Of a stretch of DNA of 64,000 nt, positions 29,395 to 38,774 are shown piece after piece. The notes under the pieces were generated by a model, which was not told the origin of the DNA, ran no database searches, and was given only the letters and a program-made list of their open reading frames with translations. Where the stretch lies: assembly GCA_964618415.1 (NCBI GenBank), contig CAZUAT010000006.1:1025-65024 (forward strand), given 5' to 3'. Within the stretch, counting starts at the first letter, position 1; each line of letters begins with the position of its first letter. Source of the stretch: an uncultured Thermoanaerobaculia bacterium (GTDB taxonomy: Bacteria > Acidobacteriota > Thermoanaerobaculia > Multivoradales > JAGPDF01). A program made the translations under genes and the position numbers.

Positions 29395-30758
29395 CCGCTG
29401 ACAGCGGGAGCGACGTAACCGCGAGCGCCGATCGAGCGGGTCGACTCCGACGGGTCGTCGGGCTGCCCGGAGCGGTGCTCCTCGGTCTCGGCTCGATCCT
29501 CGGCACGGGGATCTTCGTCAGCCTAGGCATCGCGGCGGGCGTCGCGGGTTCGGCCGTGATCGTCGCCGTCGCGCTGGCCGCCGTCGTCGCCGCGCTCAAC
29601 GGCCTGGCGAGCGCACAACTGGCGGCGAGCCACCCGGTGAGCGGCGGCACGTACGAGTACGGCTACCGCTACCTCGGTCCCACGCCGGGCTTCGCGGCCG
29701 GCTGGGTCTTCCTCTCCGCGAAGTCGGCATCGGCCGCGACCGCGGCGCTCGGCCTGGCCGGATACCTGCTCGCCGGGCTCGGCATCACCGATCGACCGAG
29801 CCGCATCGGCGTCGCGCTGCTGGCGATCGGCGCGCTCACGGCCGTCGTGGCGGCGGGCATGCAGCGGTCCATGCTCGTCAATGCCGCGATCGTCACCGTC
29901 ACCCTGCTCGCCCTCGGCGGCTTCGTGCTCGCCGGAGCGCGGGCCGCCAGCGCCGGCTTCGACGAGCACCTTGCCGGCATCTTCGACCTCGGCACGCAGG
30001 ACTGGCCCGCCCTGCTGCATGCGACTGCCCTGCTGTTCGTCGCCTACACCGGCTACGGCCGCATCGCCACGCTCGGCGAGGAGATCCGGGAGCCCGGGCG
30101 CAGCATCCCGCGCGCCATCGGACTGACGCTCGTCCTCACTCTGCTGCTCTACGGCGCGGTCGCCGTGGTCGCAGTGGGCGCGGTCGGAGCCGGCGGGCTC
30201 GCGAGCGCCACCTATGTCGCGGCGGCCCCGCTCGAGCGGATCGCCCGGGGATTCGCCGGGCGCGGGATGGCGGCGCTCGTCGCAATCGGCGCCGTAACGG
30301 CGATGCTCGGCGTGCTGCTCAACCTTCTTCTGGGCCTTTCCCGCGTCGTCCTGGCGATGGCCCGGCGGGGTGACCTGCCGCACCGCCTCGCGCGCGTCGA
30401 CTCCACCGCCGCATCGCCGCGGCGCGCCGTCGTGGCGACCGGAATCGGCATCGCCGCCCTCGCCGCCACCGGCGACCTCCGGCTCACCTGGTCGTTCAGC
30501 GCGTTCACCGTCCTCATCTACTACGCGGTGACCAACCTGGCCGCGCTCCGGCTGCCGCGCGATCAGCGTCCGTACGGCGCGTGGCTTCCCGCCTGCGGTC
30601 TCGTCGCCTGTTTCGGCCTGGCGTTCTGGATCGAACGGCCGATCTGGCTGGCCGGTCTCGCCTGGATCGCAATCGGACTGCTCGGCCGAGCCGCGATGCA
30701 CCGGCTGGCACGTCGGCGGGCCGATGCTAGAGTCCCGCCTCCCCGGAATCGCGGATGA
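29391..30758 (+). CDS. APC-superfamily amino acid/polyamine-type permease
   Basis: C-terminal part of ORF 28479..30758. It has about 12 TM segments (GSILGTGIFVSLG..., FVAYTGYGRIATLGEE). I propose a TTG 29391 start that overlaps the nrfA TGA (TTGA). Confidence 0.75.
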
Positions 30759-31492
30759 CGCTGCTGCCGACCTCTCCGTCGCGTCCCCTCCATCTCGTCC
30801 GTGCACTGCGGCACCGCCTTTCGGCGGCCCGCATCGCGCGCGGCCGGCAGCGGTTCGCCCGCGGCCACCTGGCGGGCCACGGACTCGAGATCGGAGCCCT
30901 GCACGCGCCGTTTCCCCTGCCGCCCGGCGCCACGGCGTCCTATGTCGACCGCCTGCCCGTCGACCAGCTGCGCCACCACTACCCGGAGCTCGTCGGCGAA
31001 CCGTTCGTCGAAGTCGACATCGTCGACCCCACCGGCCGGATGGCCGAGCTGCCCGAGGCTTCGCAGGCGTTCGTCCTGGCGATCCACGTCCTGGAGCATT
31101 GCGAGGATCCGCTCGGCATGCTCGCCGCCTGGCTGCGCGTGCTGCGTCCGGGAGGGGTACTGCTGCTCGCCGTTCCCGACCGGCGCTTCACCTTCGACCG
31201 ACTGCGGCCGGCGACTTCGCTCGATCACCTCTTCGCGGACCGCGCGGCCGGCCGCTGCACGGCGCGCCCGCGCGCCTACGCCGAATGGGTCGCCTGCACG
31301 GAGCAGCTCCCTCCAGACCAGGCGGAAGCACGGGCACGCGAACTCGAACGAACCGACTACAGCATCCATTTCCACGTCTGGGACGCGGCCGCCCTGACCG
31401 AAATGCTGAAAGCGGTCGCAGGGGCCGAGCTCGTCAGCTTCGCCCGCAATCGGAGCGAAAATCTCGCCCTGCTGCGACGCCCGGCGCCCTAG
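30755..31492 (+). CDS. class I SAM-dependent methyltransferase
   Basis: ORF of 245 aa reading GLEIGALHAP...VLEHCEDPLGMLAAWLRVLRPGGVLLLAVPD. It has an ATGA overlap with the permease stop. Confidence 0.75.
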   Translation: MTLLPTSPSRPLHLVRALRHRLSAARIARGRQRFARGHLAGHGLEIGALHAPFPLPPGATASYVDRLPVDQLRHHYPELVGEPFVEVDIVDPTGRMAELPEASQAFVLAIHVLEHCEDPLGMLAAWLRVLRPGGVLLLAVPDRRFTFDRLRPATSLDHLFADRAAGRCTARPRAYAEWVACTEQLPPDQAEARARELERTDYSIHFHVWDAAALTEMLKAVAGAELVSFARNRSENLALLRRPAP

Positions 31493-33966
31493 GCCCCTGG
31501 AGAGTCTGCGCCGCGCGGCGCCTCCAGGCAGTCGGCGATCGCTGCCTGCAGCTCCGCCAGCTTCGGAGGCTTGCCGAGGATTCGGTCGACGTTCGGCACC
31601 GACTCGCCCGCCGCCTCGAGTCGCTTTCCCCAGCCGGTGAGCAGGATCACCGGCGTGGACGGGGAGGCCGCCTTGACGGCGCTGGCGACCCGCTTGCCGT
31701 CCACGTGCGGCATCCCGAGGTCGGTGATGACGATCTCGAACGGTTCGCCGCGCTCCTGTGCCGCCTGGAATGACGCCACGCCCTCGGCCCCGCCCGCGGC
31801 AGCGGTGACCGCGTGGCCGGCGGCCTCGAGCGTCCTGCTGACGGCACGCAGCACGAGCGGATCGTCGTCCACCGCCAGAATGCGGAGTCGGCCGATCGGC
31901 GCGCTGACCGCGCCGGCCTCGCGCGCCACTGCGGAGCGGACGACCGGGACCGGCAGGAGGAGGCGGAACGTCGTGCCGACTCCCGGCGCGCTGTCGACTT
32001 CGATGTCGCCACCGTGGCGCTGGACCGTCCCGTAAACCATGGCGAGGCCGAGGCCGGTGCCACGATCACCCTTGGTGGTGAAGAACGGCTCGAGACACCG
32101 GCGCCGCGTGTCCTCGTCCATCCCGACCCCGGTGTCGGTCACCTCGATCACCGCGCGCTCGGCAGCCGCCGACCCGCTGCCCTTCTCCAGGCGAGTCACG
32201 AGCCGGATCCTGCCGCCGTCCGGCATCGCGTCGACGGCGTTGAACACCAGGTTGGTGAGTGCCTCGCGCAGCTCGCTTTCGACCCCCGTGACCGCCGGAT
32301 CGACCGGGTCGAGTGCCTCTTCCATCTCGACGACGACGCCGCGCTGCAGAGGAATCGCGCTCCAGCGAGCACGGGTGAGCTTGATCACCTGGCCGATCAA
32401 CGGATTGAGCCGCACCGGAAGCATCCGCATCTCGGGCTCGCGCTGGCGGTAGAACTCCTTGAGGCGTGCCACGGTCTCGGCGATGTCGTCGATCGCCCGC
32501 TGACCGATTTCGAGAAACTCGCGGGCGCGATCGCTCAGGCCCGGCTCGTCCTCGAGCAGCATCTCGGTGTAGAGCGAGATCGGCGAGATGGCGTTGTTGA
32601 TGTCGTGCGCGATGCCGCTCGCCATCTCGCCGAGAGCTCGCAGACGCTCCTGCTGCATCACCGTCTGCTGCGTCATCCGCAGGTCGTCGTAAGCGCGCTG
32701 CAGCGCGCCGTGCAGCCGCGCCTGGTGGATCGCCAGCGCGACATGCTCGCCCAGCTGGCGCAGGAACTGGCACTCGTCGCTGGAGAACGCGCCCGGATCG
32801 CGGCGGGCCACCATCAGCACTCCCATGGTGTCGCTCTCGACCTGGAGCGGTGCCACGACCAGAGAGCGCAGGCCGGCTGCCGCCAGGCGCGTCGGAAAAG
32901 CGGCGCGCGAACGCGCGGTGTCTGCCTCGTGGACCAGCTCGCCGGCCACGCAGCGCACCAGGCCGTTGGTGCCGAGCGGAATCTCGCCCTCCGGCTCCAC
33001 TCCGGTGCGGCCGGAGCTCTGCCGCGCCCGGTTTCCCATTCCCGCCACCGTGAGCGAGGCCGATCCCGGGTCGTAGAGGCAGGCAGCCGCGAAGTCGACC
33101 GGCAGGTCTTCCTCCAGGCTGGCAACCACGATGCCGAAAATGCTCGTCGCGTCCATCCGCTCGCCGATCGACCGCGTCAACCGGTCGAGCAGTTCGAGGT
33201 TGGCCAGCTGCGCGCGCACCTTGCCCTCCGCTGCCCGGCGGTCCCGCACTTCCGCCAGCAGGGCGCTCTCGCGCTGCTCGAGGCCGTCGAGCACGGCGTT
33301 GAAGGCGCGCGCCAGACCCGCCACCTCGTCACTGCCGCCCGCCTCGGCCCGCAACCCGTAGTCGGCCTCCTCTCCAATCCGCTTGGCAGTGCCGGCCAGC
33401 TCGAGGATCGGCGCCGTCACCGAGTCCCGAAGGCGCACCGACAGCAGCAGCGCCAATGCCAGGGCGCCAGCGAGCGAGACGACCGCGACACCGGCGAGCC
33501 GGCGCAGGCGACCACTCAGGAAGCTCAGGTCCGACCTCAGGAGGATCGTGCCGACGCGCCGGTCGTCGAGTTCGACCGGTCGGACCAGCGTCAGCCCGCC
33601 GTTGGCGAACGACTCGCCGACTCCGACCGGCGGCGACTTCGGCGGCCCGAGACCGGCATCGGGGCGGCTGTAGGCGGCGAACAGCTCCCCTTTGGCGTCG
33701 TACAGTCCCGCTGCCAGGACGTACGGTTCGACCTCGAGCGTCGCCAGCGTGGACTCGGCGGCCGCCGGATCCTCGAACACGAGTGCAGCACGGGAACCGC
33801 GGGCGAGCACGTCCGCGAGCACCGTCAGGTCGCGGATCATCGTGCGCCGCAGGTCACCGCGCTCGTAGGCCCAGAAAGTCAGAAAGGCGGCCACCATCGC
33901 CGCGCACGCGACGAGCAGGATGACCAGCGACAGGCGACGCCGCAGCGGCTGGTCGCGCAGCCGCAT
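31489..33966 (-). CDS. hybrid sensor histidine kinase (periplasmic sensor-HAMP-GAF-HisKA-HATPase-REC)
   Basis: ORF 31489..33969. The H-box is SGIAHDINNAISPI, and the ATPase region has DTGVGMDEDT and GTGLGLAMV. The C-terminal receiver reads RILAVDDDP...VITDLGMPHVDG. The ATG 33966 start overlaps the YfiR-like stop. Confidence 0.9.
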   Translation of the reverse strand: MRLRDQPLRRRLSLVILLVACAAMVAAFLTFWAYERGDLRRTMIRDLTVLADVLARGSRAALVFEDPAAAESTLATLEVEPYVLAAGLYDAKGELFAAYSRPDAGLGPPKSPPVGVGESFANGGLTLVRPVELDDRRVGTILLRSDLSFLSGRLRRLAGVAVVSLAGALALALLLSVRLRDSVTAPILELAGTAKRIGEEADYGLRAEAGGSDEVAGLARAFNAVLDGLEQRESALLAEVRDRRAAEGKVRAQLANLELLDRLTRSIGERMDATSIFGIVVASLEEDLPVDFAAACLYDPGSASLTVAGMGNRARQSSGRTGVEPEGEIPLGTNGLVRCVAGELVHEADTARSRAAFPTRLAAAGLRSLVVAPLQVESDTMGVLMVARRDPGAFSSDECQFLRQLGEHVALAIHQARLHGALQRAYDDLRMTQQTVMQQERLRALGEMASGIAHDINNAISPISLYTEMLLEDEPGLSDRAREFLEIGQRAIDDIAETVARLKEFYRQREPEMRMLPVRLNPLIGQVIKLTRARWSAIPLQRGVVVEMEEALDPVDPAVTGVESELREALTNLVFNAVDAMPDGGRIRLVTRLEKGSGSAAAERAVIEVTDTGVGMDEDTRRRCLEPFFTTKGDRGTGLGLAMVYGTVQRHGGDIEVDSAPGVGTTFRLLLPVPVVRSAVAREAGAVSAPIGRLRILAVDDDPLVLRAVSRTLEAAGHAVTAAAGGAEGVASFQAAQERGEPFEIVITDLGMPHVDGKRVASAVKAASPSTPVILLTGWGKRLEAAGESVPNVDRILGKPPKLAELQAAIADCLEAPRGADSPGA

Positions 33967-34535
33967 CACCGGGCCCCCCGCGTGGCGGTCCGGGTCTGCA
34001 CGGGACGGCCGAGCCGCAGCAGCTCGGAACTGACCCGCAGCCCGTGGCGGCGCGCCGCCTCCGGGTTGACCTCGAACCGGACCCGGCCGCGCTCAAGAAA
34101 AAAGTTGAAAGCGCCGCCCAGACGCGCGAAGTCCCGCACCTCGCTGACCGTCAGCGCGTAGGTCCCCTCGAATGCCTCCAGCACGTCGACCACCCGATCG
34201 GCCTCCGAAGCGGCGACGAACAGGACGTGACAGCGGGTGAGGGTTTCCGCATCGGTCGAGCGCACGGCGGCCACCGGTCGGCCGCCGATGTTCTGGTCGG
34301 CGAGCGTTTCGTCGAGCAGCATCCCGAACGGATCGTCGCCGAGCACGCAGATCCGCACTGGCGCTTCCGCGTCCTCGTACGACGAGGGGGGCCACTCGAC
34401 GAAGCGCGCGAAGTTGAGCAAAAAGGCGGCCTTGACCTCGTACTCGCTCGGACCGCCGTCGGGCGGGCCGCCGAGCATGGGCGCGCCGCACAGCAGGAGG
34501 AGTGCCATGAGAAGCCGCGCGGCCCGGCGTCGCAT
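33966..34535 (-). CDS. YfiR-like periplasmic protein (DUF4154 family)
   Basis: ORF 33966..34595. I prefer the start MRRRAARLLMALLLLCGAPMLGG (ATG 34535). It reads EYEVKAAFLLNFARFVEWP...ICVLGDDPFG...VLFVA...LTVSE...GGAFNFFLERGRVRFEVN. Confidence 0.8.
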   Translation of the reverse strand: MRRRAARLLMALLLLCGAPMLGGPPDGGPSEYEVKAAFLLNFARFVEWPPSSYEDAEAPVRICVLGDDPFGMLLDETLADQNIGGRPVAAVRSTDAETLTRCHVLFVAASEADRVVDVLEAFEGTYALTVSEVRDFARLGGAFNFFLERGRVRFEVNPEAARRHGLRVSSELLRLGRPVQTRTATRGAR

Positions 34536-34582
34536 GGGTGGCCGGCGGCCGCTCGCCGGCTCGCGCGCGACCGCGAAGCGCT

Positions 34583-36568
34583 TCAGGGCCGCCACGTCAA
34601 CCGCCCCGCCACAGCGCGTCGCACCACCACCCGGTTCGGGCCGGGGTAGCCGTACTCGGGGTGGTCGTCGTCGAGCAGATTGGTCCCGACCAGCTCGAAC
34701 TCGACGCTCTCCGTCGCCCGCCAGCCGAGGCGCAGATCGAGTTCGGCGTAGGAGGGAACCTCCCCAACCTCCAGACCGCTGTTGATCGGCAGCTGGTCGA
34801 CCCAGCGCAGCCCCGCATCGGCCTCGAAGCCGCGCCCGAAATCGACCGCGGCATGCAGCGAGAGCTGGTGCTCCGGGTCGGCCGTCTCGTTGTGGCCATC
34901 GTTGACGTCTAAGGCGCCAGACCTGACCCGCAGGTCGTGGTCCAGCAGCGTGTAGCCGGCGCGCAGTCGGATCCGCTCACTGGCCTGCAGCCGGCCGCGC
35001 AGCTCGATGCCGCGTGACGCTCCCTCCAGATTGTTCTCGAAGAACAGCGGCAGAATCGTCGCCGGCGTCGCGCTCGTGCTGCGCAGATTCCGCCAGCTGT
35101 TGTGAAATGCCGCCACGGAACCGGTGGCTCGCGCCCCGAGGCGACCGCGGGCGCCCAGCTCCCAGGCGAGCACCGACTCCGAGTCGAAATCCGGATTGCC
35201 GGCCAGGAGGACGAGCGGCGGCGCCGGCTGCGAAAGCTCGGTGTCGATGCGCGACGGGGTGCGCACGGCGCGCGAGACCGCTGCCCAGACCATGCCCCGC
35301 TCGCCCGGCCGCCACCGCAGGCGCACGCTCGGCTCGGCCTCGAAGCCGGTCACGTCGTTGTGCTCGAGCTTGGTGCCGAGCGTCAGCTCGAAGGCGTCCC
35401 GGATCCGGATCTGGTCCTGCACGAACGCGCTCCAGAGCCGGTGGAGGTGGCGCGGGGGCAGGAAGGCGAGCGCGGGCGCGTTGTCCACGTCGCTCTCCCA
35501 GTACCGGAAGCCGGCGCCCCAGGTGAGCGTGTGACGCGCGCCGGCCGCCACTCGATGCTGGAAGTCGACATCCCAGGTGTCGAGCCGGTCGCGCAGCTCG
35601 CCTGCCGGAGCGAGAGGGATCCCGCCCAGGAGCAGCGCCGGGACCGGCAGGTCGACACGGGTCCGATCGACGTACGCCTGAACCGAAATCTCCGAGCCCT
35701 CGCCGCGCGCGCGCGTCCAGCGCCCGAGCAGGTTGGCCCCGCGCACCCGTGCCGTGCCACCTTCGACCAGGCCGTCGTCACCGGCGTAGAGGTCGCCCTG
35801 GAGCGTCCAGCGGTCGTTCGTGGCCGCTGTGCCGTCGACCCGGAAGCCGGTGGCGGCGCGATCCCAGCCGTCGTCCGCCGATCCGCCGCCTTCGCGCCGC
35901 TCGTCGGCATGGTCGGCGTAGCGACCCCAGATCCGGTAGTGGCCTCGCTCGCCGAGCGTCCCGCCCCACCGCACGTTCGCCATGGCCTCGAGCTGCGAGC
36001 CGACGCCTGCCTGGACGAAGGCGCCCTGGGTCTCTCCGGCAGGCCTGGAGATCACGTTGATCACGCCGTTCACTGCGTTGGCGCCCCAGACCGACCCGCC
36101 CGGGCCGCTCACCACCTCGATCCGGTCGACGTCCTCGAGGAAGACATCCTGTGCGTTCCAGAAGACGCCCGAGAAGAGCGGCGTATAGACCGACCGGCCG
36201 TCGATCAGCACCAGCATCTTGTTGGCGAGCGCGGTGTTGAACCCGCGCGCGCTGATCGCCCAGTCGTGGGAGTTCTTCTGCGCGACGGCCAGGTTGCTGG
36301 CCAGTCGCAGCGCCCGCGGGAGGGTGTCGGCGCCCGAGCGACGGATCTCGTCGTTGGGAATCACCTGGATTGCCGACGGAGCGTCACCCAGCGCTTCGGG
36401 GCCACGCGTGACCGACGTGACCTCGATCGCCATCAGCTCTTCGAGGCTGAGCGTCGTGAGATCGGGCTCGCCACCTTCGCCGGCGAATGCCGGCGCGACC
36501 ACGACAAGCCACGTCAGCAGAACGTTCGCTGCGACGCGAGTCGATCCGGACGTCCGATAGAGCACCAT
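34583..36568 (-). CDS. TonB-dependent receptor (plug plus barrel)
   Basis: ORF of 661 aa. After the signal peptide comes the LSLEELMAIEVTSVTRGPE motif, then the plug (RVEVVSGPGGSVWGANAVNGVINVISR). Confidence 0.88.
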   Translation of the reverse strand: MVLYRTSGSTRVAANVLLTWLVVVAPAFAGEGGEPDLTTLSLEELMAIEVTSVTRGPEALGDAPSAIQVIPNDEIRRSGADTLPRALRLASNLAVAQKNSHDWAISARGFNTALANKMLVLIDGRSVYTPLFSGVFWNAQDVFLEDVDRIEVVSGPGGSVWGANAVNGVINVISRPAGETQGAFVQAGVGSQLEAMANVRWGGTLGERGHYRIWGRYADHADERREGGGSADDGWDRAATGFRVDGTAATNDRWTLQGDLYAGDDGLVEGGTARVRGANLLGRWTRARGEGSEISVQAYVDRTRVDLPVPALLLGGIPLAPAGELRDRLDTWDVDFQHRVAAGARHTLTWGAGFRYWESDVDNAPALAFLPPRHLHRLWSAFVQDQIRIRDAFELTLGTKLEHNDVTGFEAEPSVRLRWRPGERGMVWAAVSRAVRTPSRIDTELSQPAPPLVLLAGNPDFDSESVLAWELGARGRLGARATGSVAAFHNSWRNLRSTSATPATILPLFFENNLEGASRGIELRGRLQASERIRLRAGYTLLDHDLRVRSGALDVNDGHNETADPEHQLSLHAAVDFGRGFEADAGLRWVDQLPINSGLEVGEVPSYAELDLRLGWRATESVEFELVGTNLLDDDHPEYGYPGPNRVVVRRAVAGRLTWRP

Positions 36569-36690
36569 CTTCGTGCCCTCCGTATCGGTTCACGTTTCCA
36601 CCGCTCGCCGCAGTGCCGCGGACGGTCAGCTGGACGAGCGAGTGGGCTGGCGCTCGATTGTACTCGAACGTTCTCGCAGCGCCACCCCGA

Positions 36691-37713
36691 TCATCCCGCT
36701 CGCGCCGGCTCCCACGATCGCGCGAGCGTCAGCAGGCGCGACACGAGCGCGGGATAGTCGAGGCCGGCCGCAGCCGCCGCCTCGGCGAACTCCTCACCGC
36801 GCGCGATCTGGGGATTCGGATTTGCCTCGATGACGTAGGGCTGGCCGGCCGGAGTCAGTCGCAGGTCGATCCGCGCGCAGCCGTTGAGGTAGAGCACCCG
36901 GAACACGCGTCGGGCGAGCCGCTGCAGCCGGTCCTCCATCCCCTCCGGCAGGTCGTCTGCGGGGCCAATGGCGATCCCATGCCGCTCCTGATAGGCGGAG
37001 TTCCACTTCGTCCGCGCGGTTGCGATCTTGCGTGCCGATTCGGGCATGCGGTCGAAGTGCAGTTCCCACACCGGCAGCGCGCGCAGCCGCTCGTTGCCGA
37101 GCACGCCGACGTACAGCTCGCGTCCCTCGATGTAGCTCTCGACCAGCGCATCGGTGCCGCAGCTCTCGTGCACGAACCGGATCCGATCCGCCAGCTTCTC
37201 GTCCGACTCGACCACCGAGGCCTGAGAGATGCCGATCGACGCGTCGAGCGCCAGCGACTTGACGAACAGCGGAAAGCCCAGCCGACGGGGGCGCCGGAAT
37301 TGCTTCCCGCGCGGCGCGACGACGAAGTCGGCGGTGCGGATCCGGTGGTACGCGAGCAGCTTCTTGGCGACCGATTTGTCGCGCGCCAGCATGAGGCCCC
37401 GGGAGTTGCAGCCGGTGTAGTGGATCCGCTTGAGTTCGAGATAGGCGACCACGTTGTGATCGAAGTGCGCCACGTCGTCGAAGCATTCGAGCAGGTTGAA
37501 CGCCACGTCGGGGGGTTCGACCTCCACCGCCCTGCGGATCGGATCGAGATCGCCGCTCACGCCGACCATCGTCACCTCGTGGCCGAGCGCCTCGAGGCAC
37601 CGGGCGACGTCGTACTCGGTGCGCCAGGGGGCCGAGCGAACCTCTTCGGGAAGCGCCTCACGCGGCGGGATCAGGTGCGCGTGCACCAGCATGAGCACCT
37701 TCAAACGTTTCAC
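36691..37713 (-). CDS. D-alanine--D-alanine ligase-like ATP-grasp enzyme
   Basis: C-terminal part of ORF 36691..38553. It reads VKRLKVLMLVHAHLIPP...ARDKSVAKKLL...FPLFVKSLALDASIGIS...VESYIEGRELYVGVLG...RIDLRLTPAGQPYVIEANPNP. The GTG 37713 start overlaps the upstream stop (GTGA). Confidence 0.85.
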   Translation of the reverse strand: MKRLKVLMLVHAHLIPPREALPEEVRSAPWRTEYDVARCLEALGHEVTMVGVSGDLDPIRRAVEVEPPDVAFNLLECFDDVAHFDHNVVAYLELKRIHYTGCNSRGLMLARDKSVAKKLLAYHRIRTADFVVAPRGKQFRRPRRLGFPLFVKSLALDASIGISQASVVESDEKLADRIRFVHESCGTDALVESYIEGRELYVGVLGNERLRALPVWELHFDRMPESARKIATARTKWNSAYQERHGIAIGPADDLPEGMEDRLQRLARRVFRVLYLNGCARIDLRLTPAGQPYVIEANPNPQIARGEEFAEAAAAAGLDYPALVSRLLTLARSWEPARAG

Positions 37714-38768
37714 AGCGCAACCCGATGGCGACCGCTGTGCAGGTAGTTCATCGTCTGGACGGCCACCAGCACGGCCAGGTCGAGACGAGTCGCCTCCGGC
37801 GGGCCGGCGAGGCGGAGGCCGAGCTGGCGGCAGCGCACGATCATGTCCGCGAGCACGCGGTCGATCGTGTACTGGTACTGCCGCGTCCAGCGGCCGACCC
37901 GGCGCCGGATCTCCCGCCGGTGCCGCTGGATGAACGCGGCGGCGGTCGGGTTGGCCGCGTGCTCGAGACGATCCGAGAACAGGCGGCGCAGCTCCCGGTC
38001 GTGAAAGGCCGGCCGATCGACCCCGTAGTGATCGCGCTTGGCACTGTAGTGCTCGCGCAGGGTACGTTCCAGAGTCGGCAACGGATCGACTTCTTCCCCA
38101 CCCGACACCCGTGGCGCCCGACCGGCGAGCGACCCCATCAACTCGTCCATGTACTCCAGCTTGCGCAGCGCCGGCCAGCCGGCGTAGCGCTCCCGCCACC
38201 GCGAGGTCGGGTCGAGCCAGACGGCGAACGTCTCGGCGAAGTCCTCGTCCGGATGCGCCTGCGCATACCAGTCGTCGAGATGGATGACGTGGCTCTGACT
38301 GTACGGGCGCGGCGTGTAGAACTCCGGATACGGCTGCCGCGTGCTGCCGAACAGCTCGATTCGACGCCGCCGTCGGCGCAGCTGGAACGCGTTCTCGATC
38401 GCATGCCCGGTCTCGTGGCGCAGGATCTTCATGCACCAGATCCGCGTGCCGCCCTCGACTTCCAGCATCTGTGCCTGCTCGAGCCGGGCGAGACGCGGAT
38501 GGGCGAGATAGAACGGAATGGCGATGCCGGGCACGCCGTCCGGCGTGAACCACTCTTCGGCGAGCCAGAAGTGGGGCTGAAAGCGCAGGTCGCGGGCCGT
38601 CAGTTCGGCGCGCAGCTGATCGATCGCCGCCGCCAGCTCGCCGCCGATCGTCAGGTCGAGCTGACGCAGCTCGAGTTCGAGCAGTTGCTCGTCGCTCCAG
38701 CCCTCCCAGACAGCGGGCGGAAGGCGCGCCGGAGGGCTCCCGGCCGGACGACGCGTCGCGTTCTCGAT
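37710..38768 (-). CDS. putative zinc metallopeptidase (HExxH); the N-terminus lacks a canonical start codon
   Basis: ORF 37710..38534 carries ILRHETGHAIENAF. The 80 in-frame codons upstream (WEGWSDEQLLELELRQLDLTIGG...RFQPHFWLAEEWFTPDG) look like genuine conserved N-terminal sequence but contain no ATG, GTG or TTG. The 5' boundary is set provisionally at ATC 38768, 9 nt after the SD GGGAGG. Confidence 0.6.
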   Translation of the reverse strand: MENATRRPAGSPPARLPPAVWEGWSDEQLLELELRQLDLTIGGELAAAIDQLRAELTARDLRFQPHFWLAEEWFTPDGVPGIAIPFYLAHPRLARLEQAQMLEVEGGTRIWCMKILRHETGHAIENAFQLRRRRRRIELFGSTRQPYPEFYTPRPYSQSHVIHLDDWYAQAHPDEDFAETFAVWLDPTSRWRERYAGWPALRKLEYMDELMGSLAGRAPRVSGGEEVDPLPTLERTLREHYSAKRDHYGVDRPAFHDRELRRLFSDRLEHAANPTAAAFIQRHRREIRRRVGRWTRQYQYTIDRVLADMIVRCRQLGLRLAGPPEATRLDLAVLVAVQTMNYLHSGRHRVAL

Positions 38769-38774
38769 ACCCGC

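Noticed and set aside
36569-36690. A TACAAT hexamer (minus strand, about 36640) sits between the ATP-grasp gene and the downstream TonB-dependent receptor. I considered it as a promoter -10 element.
   Set aside because: There is no acceptable -35 element at 16-18 nt spacing, so I cannot support a promoter call from sequence alone.
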